A stretch of DNA of 64,000 nucleotides from Candidatus Limnocylindria bacterium (lineage in GTDB: Bacteria; Methylomirabilota; Methylomirabilia; Rokubacteriales; CSP1-6): NCBI GenBank assembly GCA_035524955.1, contig DATLFG010000072.1, positions 66,173 through 130,172 on the forward strand, in the 5' to 3' direction. Each line of letters begins with the position of its first letter. Position 1 is the first letter of the stretch. Positions 1 to 9,268 of the stretch are shown one piece after another. The position numbers and the translations under genes were made by a program. Below the pieces are notes generated by a model. The model saw only the letters and a list, made by a program, of their open reading frames with translations, had not been told where the DNA came from and ran no database searches.

Positions 1-1162
1 GTAATCCGGTGAGAACGGAGCGGGTGTGCTCCCCGACCCGGTAGGGCGCCGGCCCCGCCGGCGTGACCGCGCGGCCGTCGAACTGAAACGGCGCGGCGGT
101 GACCCGTACTTCGCCGCGGGCCGGATGGGGCACCGTCGGAAAGGCGCCGCGTGCCGCGAGATGCGGATGCGCGACGACCTCCTCGGGCATGAGCACCGCG
201 GCCGCGGGAATGCGGGCGCCGCGCAGGGCTTCCAGCGCCGCGTCCACGGTGGGGAAGCGCGCGATCCACTCGCCGATGATGTCGCGCAGCGCGGGCCAGT
301 TGCGCCGGCGCTGATCCGGCGTCGCGAACCGCGGATCGGTGGCCAGCTCGGGCCGGCCGAGCAGCGCCTGCAGCCGGGGCCACAGCGCGGCGGCGCCGCC
401 GGTCTGGAGCGCGAGATGTCGGCCTCCCACCGCGAAGACGCCCATGGCCGGACGCGGGGAGCCCTGCGTCTCGCCGCCGTTGAGCACCGCCGCGTAGGAG
501 ACGTCGTCGGCCGCGATCAGGGCCTCCAGCATCGAGACGTCGAGGTAGGCGCCCCGACCGGTGCGGTCGCGCCGCCGCAGGGCGGCCAGGATGGCGCCGA
601 AGGCGTGGGTGCCCGCCAGCACGTCGGCGGCCTGGAGATTCGATGCGCGGGGCGACGGCTGATCGCCCTGGTCGAGGTGCATCATGCCGGAGGCCGCGTT
701 GATGATGTGGGCGAAGGCCTGCCGCTCCCGCCACGGGCCGGTCTGGCCGAATCCCGAGATCGAGCAGTAGACGAGATCGGGCTTGATCGCGGCCATCGCG
801 GGGTAGCCCAGACCGAGCTTCTCGACGACACCGGGCGCGAAGTTCTCGACGAAGACGTCGGCGACCCGGCACAGATCGGCCACGACCCCGCGACCCTGCG
901 GGTGGCCGAGGTCCACCGCGACGCTCTCCTTGCCCGCGTTGATGCGAATGAAGTACGTGGACTGGTCGGCGCGGCCCGGCTCGATCTGGAGGTGGTTCTT
1001 CCGCATGTCGTCGCCCTCACCGGGGCGCTCGATCTTGACCACCCGCGCGCCCAGATCGGCGAGCAGGCGGGTGCAGTAGGGGCCGGCGAGCACGCGGGTG
1101 AGATCGAGGACTACGAGATCGGACAGGGGAGGATCGGAGAGCGGGCCGGGGGCGCGCACCGG
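1..1162 (-). CDS. CoA-transferase family III (CaiB/BaiF-like). The C-terminal end runs off the left window edge.
   Basis: Reverse-strand translation from a GTG at ~1160-1162 reads VRAPGPLSDPPLSDLVVLDLTRVLAGPYCTRLLADLGARVVKIERPGEGDD...GLGYPAMAAIKPDLVYCSISGFGQTGPW, the characteristic family III N-terminal region. It is missing from the ORF track because it has no stop inside the window. Confidence 0.75.
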
Positions 1163-1361
1163 GCGAGTATAGCGCGGTGATCGACGGGGCGCACCTGCCC
1201 CGCCGGCTGCTGAAAAGGGCCCATTTGCGGGAGTGCGGCGCCCTTGGTCGGGCGCTCAACGTACAGAGAGTACGCCTCGCGCCCGATCATCGGGCGCCGC
1301 CTCGCACCTGGACCTTCTTGAGCAGCCTGCGAGTCGCCGCGCATCCTGCTAGACTCGGCGC

Positions 1362-2156
1362 ATGCGACCCAATCGACTCCGGGAGCTGCTGCGGGCGGGA
1401 CGACCCACGCTGGGCACGCACATCCATTCGGCGTGGCCCGCGGTGGTGGAGCTGGCCGGGCACGCGGGGGTCTTCGACTACGTGGAGTTCGCGGGCGAGT
1501 ACGCCCCGTACGATCTCTTCGCGCTCGAAAACCTCGGGCGGGCGGTGAACACCTTCGACCACATGTCGGCCATGTTCAAGGTCGAGCAGCAGCCGCGCAC
1601 CTACCTCGCGGTGCGGGCCATCGGGTCGGGGATCCAGAACCTGCTCTTCGCCGATCCACGCACCCCCGACGACGTCCGCGAGTGCGTGCGGAGCGTGCGG
1701 GCGGAGACGCCCGAGGCGGGCGGACTCCACGGCGTGGGCATGCGGCGCGACGTGGGCTACGTGATGGACGTGGGCTCACCCGCCTTCGTGCGGGCGCTCG
1801 ACGACGCGGTGGTGGCGGTGATGATCGAGAAGGCCTCCGCGGTGGAGAACGTGGACGCGATGCTTTCGGTGAAAGGGGTGGACATGGTGCAGTTCGGCCC
1901 TGCCGACTACTCGATGAGCATCGGCCTGCCGGGTCAATGGAATCACCCTCGCGTGATCGAGGCGGAGCGGCACGTGATCCAGACCGCGCTGCGGCTGGGC
2001 ATCGCCCCGCGAGCCGAGATCTCGCACCCGAGCGAGGCCAAGGTCTACCTCGACCTGGGCGTCCGGCACTTCTGCATGGGCTGGGATGTGAGCGTGCTGT
2101 TCGACTATTTCAAGACCGAGGGCGGGACCCTGCGCGACATGCTGGGCGCGGGGTAG
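1362..2156 (+). CDS. HpcH/HpaI-family aldolase (2-keto-3-deoxy sugar acid aldolase-like)
   Basis: 264 aa. TIM-barrel HpcH/HpaI-like sequence (…VEFAGEYAPYDLFALENLGRA…MIEKASAVENVDAMLSVKGVDMVQFGPADYSMSIGLPGQ…). ATG with an upstream GC-rich context. Confidence 0.75.
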   Translation: MRPNRLRELLRAGRPTLGTHIHSAWPAVVELAGHAGVFDYVEFAGEYAPYDLFALENLGRAVNTFDHMSAMFKVEQQPRTYLAVRAIGSGIQNLLFADPRTPDDVRECVRSVRAETPEAGGLHGVGMRRDVGYVMDVGSPAFVRALDDAVVAVMIEKASAVENVDAMLSVKGVDMVQFGPADYSMSIGLPGQWNHPRVIEAERHVIQTALRLGIAPRAEISHPSEAKVYLDLGVRHFCMGWDVSVLFDYFKTEGGTLRDMLGAG

Positions 2157-2174
2157 CGCACGGGGCTGTCGCCC

Positions 2175-3476
2175 ATGGCGCCCCGTCCGGCGCGCGCCGC
2201 GGCCGCCGGCCTCTTCCTGCCGCTCCTCCTCGCCCTGTCGGCAGGCGGCTGCGGCGAGCGTCCCGGGGCGGGCGCGCCGATCACGCTGGTCTTCAAGCAC
2301 GCCAAGATCCTCGGACCCGCCGATCCGATGCCCGGGCTCCTCCGGCGCTTCGAGGCGGATCACCCGGGCGTGCGTGTGCAGAGCGAGGCGCTCACCTGGA
2401 GCTCGGACGAGCAGCACCAGTTCTACGTCATCAACCTCGAAGGCGGTGGTCCGCCCTTCGACGTGATGATGCTCGACGTGATCTGGGTGCCCGAGTTCGC
2501 GCGCGCGGGCTGGATCCTGGACCTCACCTCGTCCGTGCCCCCGGCCGAGCGCGACGCCCATTTCCCGACCGCGATCGCGCCCGCCATGCAGGACGGTCGG
2601 CTCTGGGCCCTGCCGTGGTTCATGAACGTGGGCCTGCTCTACTACCGCGCCGATCTGCTGGCGAAGTACGGCTTCGGCGCGCCGCCCGAGACGTACGAGG
2701 AGCTGACCGCGCAGGTGCGGCGGATCCGCGCGGGGGAGCGCGATCCGAGTCTTGACGGCTACCTCTGGCAGGGCAAGCAGTACGAGGGTGGCATGGTCAA
2801 CGTGCTGGAGGCGCTCTGGGCCAACGGGGCGCGGCTCCTCGACGAGGCGGGGCGGCCGTTCCCCGAGGCCGAGCGCGCGCGCGAGTCGCTCGCCTTCCTC
2901 CGCGGCCTCATCGAGAGCGGGGTGAGCCCGGCCTGGGTCACCGCGGCGGACGAGGAGCTGACCCGCCGGCCCTTCGGCGACGGGCGCGCGATCTTCCTCC
3001 GGAGCTGGCCCTACGCGCTGGATCTGTTCGAGCTGCCGGACTCGCGCGTGCGCGGCAAGGTGGGGGTCGCGCCGATTCCGCGCCTGCGCCACGGCCCGGT
3101 CGGCGCGGCCTCCACCGGCGGTGCGCACCTGGCGGTGAGCGCGCGCACGCGCCACCGGGACCTGGCGGTGGCGCTCGCGCGCTTTCTCACCAGCGAGACC
3201 GCCCAGCGGGCGATGACGGAGGGCGCCGCGCTGCGTCCCTCGCGCCCGGCGCTCTATCGTGACGCGGGGCTGATCGCGCGAGACCCGAGCCTGCCCGCGC
3301 TCCACGGGCTGATGCTCCGCGGCCACCCGCGTCCCATCACGCCCTACTACCTGATGCTCTCCACCACGCTCCAGCCCGAGTTCTCCGCGGTCCTGGTCGG
3401 CCGCAAGTCCCCCGCGCGCGCGATGCGCGACGCCACCGCCCAGGTCGAGCACCTCCTGCGCTCGGTGACGCCGTGA
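2175..3476 (+). CDS. ABC transporter extracellular solute-binding protein (family 1, sugar type), lipoprotein
   Basis: Signal peptide with lipobox (LLLALSAGGC). Family-1 SBP-like sequence. Immediately followed by two permease genes. Confidence 0.8.
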   Translation: MAPRPARAAAAGLFLPLLLALSAGGCGERPGAGAPITLVFKHAKILGPADPMPGLLRRFEADHPGVRVQSEALTWSSDEQHQFYVINLEGGGPPFDVMMLDVIWVPEFARAGWILDLTSSVPPAERDAHFPTAIAPAMQDGRLWALPWFMNVGLLYYRADLLAKYGFGAPPETYEELTAQVRRIRAGERDPSLDGYLWQGKQYEGGMVNVLEALWANGARLLDEAGRPFPEAERARESLAFLRGLIESGVSPAWVTAADEELTRRPFGDGRAIFLRSWPYALDLFELPDSRVRGKVGVAPIPRLRHGPVGAASTGGAHLAVSARTRHRDLAVALARFLTSETAQRAMTEGAALRPSRPALYRDAGLIARDPSLPALHGLMLRGHPRPITPYYLMLSTTLQPEFSAVLVGRKSPARAMRDATAQVEHLLRSVTP

Positions 3477-4330
3477 GCGACCGCGGCCTGGCCTGGCTTC
3501 TCCTGTCCCCGGCCTTGCTGGTCCTCGCCACCCTCACCGTGTATCCCGCGCTCTGGGTGCTGTGGCTCGCGTTCCAGTACCGCATCCCGGTATTCGGCAT
3601 CTCGCGCTGGGCCGGGCTCGACCACTTCGCGTTCCTCGCGGAGGGCACGCGCTTCTGGAACGCGGCGTGGGTCACCGGCGTATTCACGGTGACATCGGTC
3701 GCGCTGGAGAGCGCGCTGGGCCTGGCCATCGCGGTGGCGCTGCGGGGGCAGCGCGGCGGCCGGCGCACCGCCCTGGCCCTGCTGCTCCTGGCCTGGGCGC
3801 TGCCGTCGGTGGTGACGGCCAAGATGTTCGAGTGGCTCTATCACCCCGCGGGCGGACTCGTGAACTTCCTGCTGGGCGACCGCGCCATCAACTGGCTCGG
3901 CGACCCCGCCCTCGCCCTGCCGTCGCTGATCCTGGCCGACGTGTGGCGCGCCACCCCGTTCGTGGCCCTACTCTGCTACGCGCGTCTCCTGACGATTCCG
4001 CCGGATCTCTACGAGGCCGCCGAGGTGGACGGCGCCGCGGGGCTCCAGGCCTTCGCCCGCATCACCTGGCCGCTCGTGCGGCCGATCCTCCTCGTGACGA
4101 TGCTCTTCCGCACGCTGGACGCGATCCGCGCCTTCGACATCATGTTCGTGCTGACGGGCGGGGGGCCGGCGGGCAGCACCGAGTCGCTCACGGTATACGC
4201 CTACCGGGCCCTGTTCCAGACCCTCCAGATCGGCCTCGGCTCCGCGATCGGCGTGGTGGTGTTCGCGCTCGTGATGGTCGTCGCCGCGGTGTATCTGCGG
4301 CTGATCGGCCGACCGGAGCGAACGGCGTGA
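3473..4330 (+). CDS. ABC transporter permease (MalF/UgpA-like)
   Basis: 6-TM permease with an EAA-like loop (…YEAAEVDGAAGLQAFARITWPLVRP…). Start overlaps the upstream stop. Confidence 0.85.
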   Translation: MSDRGLAWLLLSPALLVLATLTVYPALWVLWLAFQYRIPVFGISRWAGLDHFAFLAEGTRFWNAAWVTGVFTVTSVALESALGLAIAVALRGQRGGRRTALALLLLAWALPSVVTAKMFEWLYHPAGGLVNFLLGDRAINWLGDPALALPSLILADVWRATPFVALLCYARLLTIPPDLYEAAEVDGAAGLQAFARITWPLVRPILLVTMLFRTLDAIRAFDIMFVLTGGGPAGSTESLTVYAYRALFQTLQIGLGSAIGVVVFALVMVVAAVYLRLIGRPERTA

Positions 4331-5142
4331 GGGCGGGCCGGCGGCGCGACGCGGTGGTGCTCCTCGCGCTGTCGCTCTACGCCGCGCCCTTCTTCTGGCA
4401 GGCGCTCACCTCGGTGCGGCCCGACGCCGAGCTGCTGCCCCTGACCCGGCTCCTGCCGAGCCGTCTCACGTGGGCCCACTACGACGTGGTGCTCCGTCAG
4501 AGCCTGATGCCGCGCGCCCTGATCAACAGCCTGGGCATCGCCCTCCTCAGCACCCTGCTGGCGATCGGGCTCGGGGCGCTCGCCGCCTATGCGCTCGCGC
4601 GGCTGCCGGTGCGGGGCCGCGGCGTGATCCTGCTCGCCATGGTCGCGGCCACCGCGTTCCCCCAGATCGCCACCGTGAGCCCGCTCTACCTGCTGATGCG
4701 CGCGCTGGGCCTGCGCGACACGTGGCTGGCGCTGATCCTCGCGAACGGCTCGTTCGCGCTGCCGCTGGTGATCTGGCTGCTCACCGGCTTCATCCGCGAG
4801 ATCCCGCGCGCGCTCGAGGAGGCGGCGGCGGTGGACGGCGCCGACCGGCTGGCGATTCTCAGATGGGTTGTTCTACCGCTGGTGGCGCCGGGCATGGCCT
4901 CGGCGGCGCTGCTCGCGTTCCTCTTCTCGTGGAACGAGTTCCTCTTCGCCTACAGCTTCACGGCCACCGAGGCCAGCCGCACGGTCCCGGTCGCGCTGGC
5001 CCTCTTCCCCGGCGTCTTCGAGGTGCCCTGGGGCGACATCGCGGCCGCCTCGCTGCTGGCGAGTCTGCCGCCGATCCTGATCGTGGTGGGCTTCCAGCGC
5101 TACCTGGTCCGCGGTCTCCTGGCCGGCGCCCTGCGCGAATGA
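4327..5142 (+). CDS. ABC transporter permease (MalG/UgpE-like)
   Basis: GTG at 4327 overlaps the upstream TGA (GTGA). EAA motif (…EEAAAVDGADRLAILRWVVLPLVAPG…). The track's 3562..5142 ORF is an over-extension in the same frame. Confidence 0.8.
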   Translation: MRAGRRRDAVVLLALSLYAAPFFWQALTSVRPDAELLPLTRLLPSRLTWAHYDVVLRQSLMPRALINSLGIALLSTLLAIGLGALAAYALARLPVRGRGVILLAMVAATAFPQIATVSPLYLLMRALGLRDTWLALILANGSFALPLVIWLLTGFIREIPRALEEAAAVDGADRLAILRWVVLPLVAPGMASAALLAFLFSWNEFLFAYSFTATEASRTVPVALALFPGVFEVPWGDIAAASLLASLPPILIVVGFQRYLVRGLLAGALRE

Positions 5143-5144
5143 CA

Positions 5145-5191
5145 CCCTCTCCCCTCGGGGGAGAGGGCAGCGTGAGGGGCGGGGTGAGGCG
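5145..5191. repeat. REP-like palindromic element, family 2 (CCCTCTCCCC-tcg-GGGGAGAGGG followed by GTGAGGGG-type repeats). Probable terminator.
   Basis: Perfect 10-bp stem directly after the permease stop. The same palindrome with flanking CCCTCAC repeats recurs at 51043-51135 in opposite orientation. Confidence 0.5.
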
Positions 5192-5200
5192 TTTGGGGCG

Positions 5201-5698
5201 CTACGGCTCCGACACCAGCCCCGGCGTGACCGTCGCCCCCGGCAGCCCGCGGAACACCTCCGGCGAGATCTTCACCTTCAGCGAGCGGCTGCCGCCACCC
5301 AGGATGATCCAGGGGAAGGACATCAGCCCATCGTCCACGTAGATCGGCAGATCCGCGGGCAGGGCGAAGACGGTGACGCCGCCCAGCATCATGCCCGTGA
5401 GTGCGCGGGTCTCCTCCGGGTCGGCGAAGGAGAGCCGGGACACGCCGAGCAGCCTTCGCACCGTGTGGTTGACGTCCACCCGCCGCGTGGCGCGGACCAC
5501 GCAGGCGCAGTAGCGCTTCGGCTCCTTCTTCGAGCCGACGATGATGGTGTTGGCCGACTGCTCCGCCGGGTAGCCGTACTGCGCGCAGAAGGCGGCGGTG
5601 TCGGCGTACTGAGGGTCGATCGCGACCATCTCGTGGGGCAGGCCGAGCCCGTCCAGAACCTGCCGCACCCGCTGCTCGATCTCGTCCGGGGTGATCAC
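5201..5698 (-). CDS. YbaK/ProX-family aminoacyl-tRNA deacylase
   Basis: YbaK/EbsC-like sequence (…ANTIIVGSKKEPKRYCACVVRATRRVDVNHTVRRLLGVSRLSFADPEETRALTGMMLGGVTVFAL…). Start placed at the GTG preceded by GGAGGA; the track ORF extends further upstream. Confidence 0.65.
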   Translation of the reverse strand: MITPDEIEQRVRQVLDGLGLPHEMVAIDPQYADTAAFCAQYGYPAEQSANTIIVGSKKEPKRYCACVVRATRRVDVNHTVRRLLGVSRLSFADPEETRALTGMMLGGVTVFALPADLPIYVDDGLMSFPWIILGGGSRSLKVKISPEVFRGLPGATVTPGLVSEP

Positions 5699-5930
5699 CG
5701 GTACCGATCCTCCGATCAGGATGTGGATTCGCGCGGCCCGCCGAGCATACCGCGCGCCGGCGTCGGGTCGGCGCGGAAGAATCGCTAGGCGAACGCGGTC
5801 GCGCCGGCGTCGCGGCAGACGCGGAGCCACCCCATCGCCTGCCTCGCCGTCCGGCCTTCATTGTACAATCACCCGTCCACGCTTCGGATTCCTCACGACG
5901 ATCCGGCGGCGCCGCCGGAGGAGAGCCACG

Positions 5931-6725
5931 ATGAGCACGGATCTGCTCGAGCAGGTGAAGGACGGAGTGGCTGTGCTGACCCTCAACCGCCCCGACCGGC
6001 TGAATGCGATGTCGCGGCCGATGCTGGACGCCCTGCTGGAAGCCCTGCCGCGGCTGGCCGAGGATCCGGAGGTCGGGGTGGTCGTCCTCACCGGGGCCGG
6101 TCGCGGCTTCTGCGCGGGTGGCGACGTCAAGGCCATGGCCGAGGGCACCGAGCTGGGCGGCCAGACCATGGAAGAGCGGGCCCAGGCGCTGCGCTCGCGC
6201 ATGGAGACCTCGCGGTGGCTCCACGAGATGCCCAAGCCCACCATCGCGATGATGCGGGGGCCGGCCGCGGGTGCCGGGCTCTCGCTGGCGATGGCCTGCG
6301 ACATGCGCATCGCGAGCGACACCGTGAAGCTCGGCACCGCCTTCGCCCGGGTCGGCTACTCCGGCGACTTCGGCGGCAGCTACTACCTGACCCAGCTCGT
6401 AGGCACCGCCAAGGCGCGCGAGCTCTACTTCACCGCGGACCTGCTCGACGCCCAGCAGGCGCTCGGGCTGGGCCTGGTCAACCGGGTGGTAGCCGACGCG
6501 CGCCTCGAGGAGGAGACGATGGGGCTGGCCGCCCGCCTGGCCCGCGGGCCGCGCGTGGCCTATCGCTACATGAAGCGCAACATGAACGCGGCAGAGCACG
6601 CCTCGCTCGAGCAGATGCTCGACCTCGAGGCGTGGCACCACACGCGCACCGGCATGACCGAGGACCACCGCGAGGCCGCGCGCGCCTTCGTGGAGAAGCG
6701 CGAGCCCCACTTCAAGGGCCGCTAG
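5931..6725 (+). CDS. Enoyl-CoA hydratase/isomerase (crotonase family)
   Basis: MSTDLLEQVKDGVAVLTLNRPDRLNAMS…GAGRGFCAGGDVKAM… is a canonical crotonase oxyanion-hole region. The track ORF from 5691 over-extends. Confidence 0.85.
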   Translation: MSTDLLEQVKDGVAVLTLNRPDRLNAMSRPMLDALLEALPRLAEDPEVGVVVLTGAGRGFCAGGDVKAMAEGTELGGQTMEERAQALRSRMETSRWLHEMPKPTIAMMRGPAAGAGLSLAMACDMRIASDTVKLGTAFARVGYSGDFGGSYYLTQLVGTAKARELYFTADLLDAQQALGLGLVNRVVADARLEEETMGLAARLARGPRVAYRYMKRNMNAAEHASLEQMLDLEAWHHTRTGMTEDHREAARAFVEKREPHFKGR

Positions 6726-6803
6726 ATCTTGCCCTGGCACCCCGCCCCCGTGTAGGCTCCGCGCTGTGATGGACACCCTGGTCTCGGGAGGTGGGGGCGG
6801 GTG

Positions 6804-7151
6804 ATGCGGGCCTTCTTGACCCCCACCCCGACCCCCGCCCGGGCCGCCGCGATCCTCCGGCGGGTCTTCGGCAGCTTGCCCGCCTCGTTCGCCTTCCGGC
6901 TCTGGGACGGCCAGGAAGTGCACTTCGGCCAGGACCGGCCCGAGTGCATCACGGTGATCAAGAGCCCGGAGACGTTCCTCTCGCTGATCCGCGACCCTTC
7001 GCCGTACAATTTCGCCGAGGCCTACGTGCAGAGCCGGATCGACCTGGAAGGTGATCTGTTCCGCGCGATGGACGTGGCCAACGTGGTCGAGGAGCTGAAG
7101 GTGACGCCGCTGCAGAAGCTGTCCATCCTCCTGTCGCTGTGGAGGCGGTGA
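6804..7151 (+). CDS. Stand-alone homolog of the N-terminal (dimerisation/lipid-binding) domain of cyclopropane-fatty-acyl-phospholipid synthase
   Basis: …SPETFLSLIRDPSPYNFAEAYVQSRIDLEGDLFRAM… resembles the Cfa N-terminal domain (E. coli …DFFKRVLQEGSLGLGESYMDGWWECDRLDMFF…). SD GGGAGGTGGGGG. The stop overlaps the next start (ATGA). Confidence 0.55.
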   Translation: MRAFLTPTPTPARAAAILRRVFGSLPASFAFRLWDGQEVHFGQDRPECITVIKSPETFLSLIRDPSPYNFAEAYVQSRIDLEGDLFRAMDVANVVEELKVTPLQKLSILLSLWRR

Positions 7152-8275
7152 TGGGCTGGGACGCGATCGTGGTCGGGGGCGGGCCGGGCGGGAGCACCGC
7201 GGCCTGGCGCCTGGCCCTGGCGGGCCTGCGCCCCCTCGTGCTCGACGCCGCGGTCTTCCCGCGGGTGAAGATCTGCGCGGGCTGGGTGACCCCGGAAGCG
7301 CTCGCGGACCTCGAGGTGGATCCCGACAAGTACCCGCTGACCATCCAGCCGTTCGACCAGTGCGTGCTCGAGTTCGCGGGCGCCCGCCACCAGACGGGCT
7401 GGCGGCGGCCCACCAGCTACGGCATCATCCGCCGCGAGTTCGATCACTACCTGCTCGGGCGCGCGGCCGCCGCGGGCGCGGACGTGCGCTGGGGCATCCG
7501 GGTCACCGAGGTGGCCGAGCAGGCCGACCGGGTGCGCGTCGAGACCGATCGCGGCGTGTTCGAGGCGCCGGTGGTGATCGGCGCGGGTGGCCATCGCTGC
7601 CCGGTGGCGCGGGTCCTCGGGCAGGTCTCCGGCCGCGAGGAGGTCGTGGTGGCGCAGGAGAGCGAGACGCGGCTGCCACCCGAGTGGGTCGCGCGCCTCG
7701 AGCCGTTCCTGCGCGCGCCCGAGCTCTACGTCGAGCCCGACCTGCGCGGCTACGGCTGGTACTTCCCGAAGCGCGACTTCGTCAATATCGGCGTTGGATG
7801 CACCCAGGGCGGCGACGGCAGCCTGCCCCGCCGGCGCGACGCGCTGGTGGCGAGCCTGCGCGCTTCCGGCCGGCTGCCCGAGGAGCTCGCGATCGAGCCG
7901 TTCAAGGGCCACGCGTACGTGGTGCGGCGCCAGGCGCCGCGGCGCCTGGCCGGGGCCCGCTTCTGCCTGGTCGGCGATGCGGCCGGGCTCGCCCGCGACC
8001 TGTCGGGCGAGGGGATCGGGCCCGCCATCCGGAGCGGCCGGCTGGCCGCCCTCGCGGTGACCACCCTGATCCGCGAGGGCGCGCCGCTCGACGGCTACGC
8101 GCGGCAGATCGTGGCGCGCTACGGCCCCGGCGAGCTCGGCTGGCTCCCGCGGAAGCTCTCGAATCTCCCGGACGTGCTGGCCCGGCTCGGGGTCCGGATG
8201 GTTCTGGGCTCGGCGGCGGCGCGGCGACGGATCGTGTTCGACTCCATCTTCGGCATGCGAGAGGTGGCGCCATGA
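7151..8275 (+). CDS. Geranylgeranyl-reductase-family FAD-dependent oxidoreductase
   Basis: N-terminal DAIVVGGGPGGSTAAW Rossmann motif. GG-reductase-like middle and C-terminal regions (…GDAAGLARDLSGEGI…). Translationally coupled on both sides (ATGA). Confidence 0.8.
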   Translation: MGWDAIVVGGGPGGSTAAWRLALAGLRPLVLDAAVFPRVKICAGWVTPEALADLEVDPDKYPLTIQPFDQCVLEFAGARHQTGWRRPTSYGIIRREFDHYLLGRAAAAGADVRWGIRVTEVAEQADRVRVETDRGVFEAPVVIGAGGHRCPVARVLGQVSGREEVVVAQESETRLPPEWVARLEPFLRAPELYVEPDLRGYGWYFPKRDFVNIGVGCTQGGDGSLPRRRDALVASLRASGRLPEELAIEPFKGHAYVVRRQAPRRLAGARFCLVGDAAGLARDLSGEGIGPAIRSGRLAALAVTTLIREGAPLDGYARQIVARYGPGELGWLPRKLSNLPDVLARLGVRMVLGSAAARRRIVFDSIFGMREVAP

Positions 8276-9174
8276 CACAGGCTCGATCCAAGGAGCACGA
8301 CGTCCGATCGATCGCGCACCACTACGACGTCTCGAACGACTTCTACGCGCTGTTCCTCGACCCCCTGATGGTCTACACCTGCGCCTACTACCGCGACGCG
8401 GACGGCAAGCTCGAGCAGGCGCAGGAGGACAAGCTCGATCTGGTCTGCCGCAAGCTGCGGCTGCAGGCCGGCGAGCGGGTGCTCGACATCGGCTGCGGCT
8501 GGGGCGGTTTCAGCATCTGGGCCGCCCAGCACTACGGCGTCCGCGCCCACGGGGTCACGCTCTCGAAGGCGCAGGCGGAGTGGGCGGCCGCGCGGATCAA
8601 GCGGGAGGGGCTCGAGGAGCAGTGCCTGGTCGAGTACCGCGACGTCCGGGACCTGCCCGCGGACGCCCGCTACGACAAGATCGCGGCGATCGGGGTCATC
8701 GAGCACGTGGGCATCCCGAACTACCCGTCTTTCTTCGGGCGCGTGAAGGAGATGCTGGTGGACGGGGGGCTCTACCTCAACCACGGCATCCACCACGAGT
8801 TCCACTGGAAGCGCACGAGCCAGACCGATTTCCTGTATCGCCACGTGTTCCCGAACGGCGATCTCTCGGGAGTGACCGAGACGCTCACCGAGATGGAGCG
8901 GGCGGGCTGGGAGCTGCTGGACCTGGAGAACCTGCGGCCGCACTACGCGCGGACGTGCCGCGAGTGGGCGGAGCGCCTCAAGGCCCGCGCGGACGAGGCG
9001 CGCGCGATCGTGGGCGAGCAGATCTACCGGACCTGGCTGCTCTACCTCACGTGCTCGTCGGTGGCTTTCGCAAGCGGCTCCATCGGCCTCTATCAGGTGC
9101 TGATGCAGAAGCAGTGGGACCGCGCGCGCGGCCCCGCGCCCACGACCCGCGAGGACATCTACGCCGGCTGGTAA
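8272..9174 (+). CDS. Cfa-like SAM-dependent methyltransferase (catalytic domain of cyclopropane/methylene fatty-acid synthase, mycolic acid cyclopropane synthetase fold)
   Basis: …HYDVSNDFYALFLDPLMVYTCAYY…VLDIGCGWGGFSIWAA…IAAIGVIEHVG…YRHVFPNGDL… carries the CMAS/Cfa hallmarks. ATG overlaps the upstream TGA. Confidence 0.85.
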   Translation: MTQARSKEHDVRSIAHHYDVSNDFYALFLDPLMVYTCAYYRDADGKLEQAQEDKLDLVCRKLRLQAGERVLDIGCGWGGFSIWAAQHYGVRAHGVTLSKAQAEWAAARIKREGLEEQCLVEYRDVRDLPADARYDKIAAIGVIEHVGIPNYPSFFGRVKEMLVDGGLYLNHGIHHEFHWKRTSQTDFLYRHVFPNGDLSGVTETLTEMERAGWELLDLENLRPHYARTCREWAERLKARADEARAIVGEQIYRTWLLYLTCSSVAFASGSIGLYQVLMQKQWDRARGPAPTTREDIYAGW

Positions 9175-9268
9175 CTATCGGAGGGGGCCTCGGCGGCCCC
9201 CTCCGGGCCTCCCCCCGGTAGCTTGCGCCGGCAAAGGCCGGCGTTCGAACGAAAGCAACGAATGGAGG

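Noticed and set aside
26-1180. 384-aa plus-strand ORF, with several overlapping ORFs at 99-1548
   Set aside because: Arg/Gly/Pro-rich, low-complexity translation that is typical of the wrong frame in 70% GC DNA. The opposite strand encodes a clean CaiB/BaiF CoA-transferase.
1433-3452. Long overlapping ORFs 1433..2755 (+) and 1776..3452 (-)
   Set aside because: Arg/Ala/Gly-dominated with no domain signatures. They overlap well-supported aldolase and SBP genes.
3562-5142. 526-aa ORF apparently fusing extra sequence to the second permease
   Set aside because: Only the C-terminal 271 codons, from the GTG at 4327, resemble a MalG-type permease. The upstream part overlaps the first permease in another frame.
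5100-6923. 607-aa minus-strand ORF
   Set aside because: Gly/Arg/Pro-rich junk overlapping the YbaK and enoyl-CoA hydratase genes.
7360-9174. 604-aa ORF suggesting a much longer methyltransferase
   Set aside because: The N-terminal 300 residues are Arg/Gly/Pro-rich and overlap the GG-reductase gene. The real start is the ATG at 8272.
9175-9268. Possible tRNA (GTTCGAA T-loop-like string) in the cfa/dinB intergenic region
   Set aside because: No acceptor or anticodon stem pairing could be built. It looks like two bidirectional terminator hairpins (GAGGGGGCC…GGCCCCCTC and GCGCCGGC…GCCGGCG).
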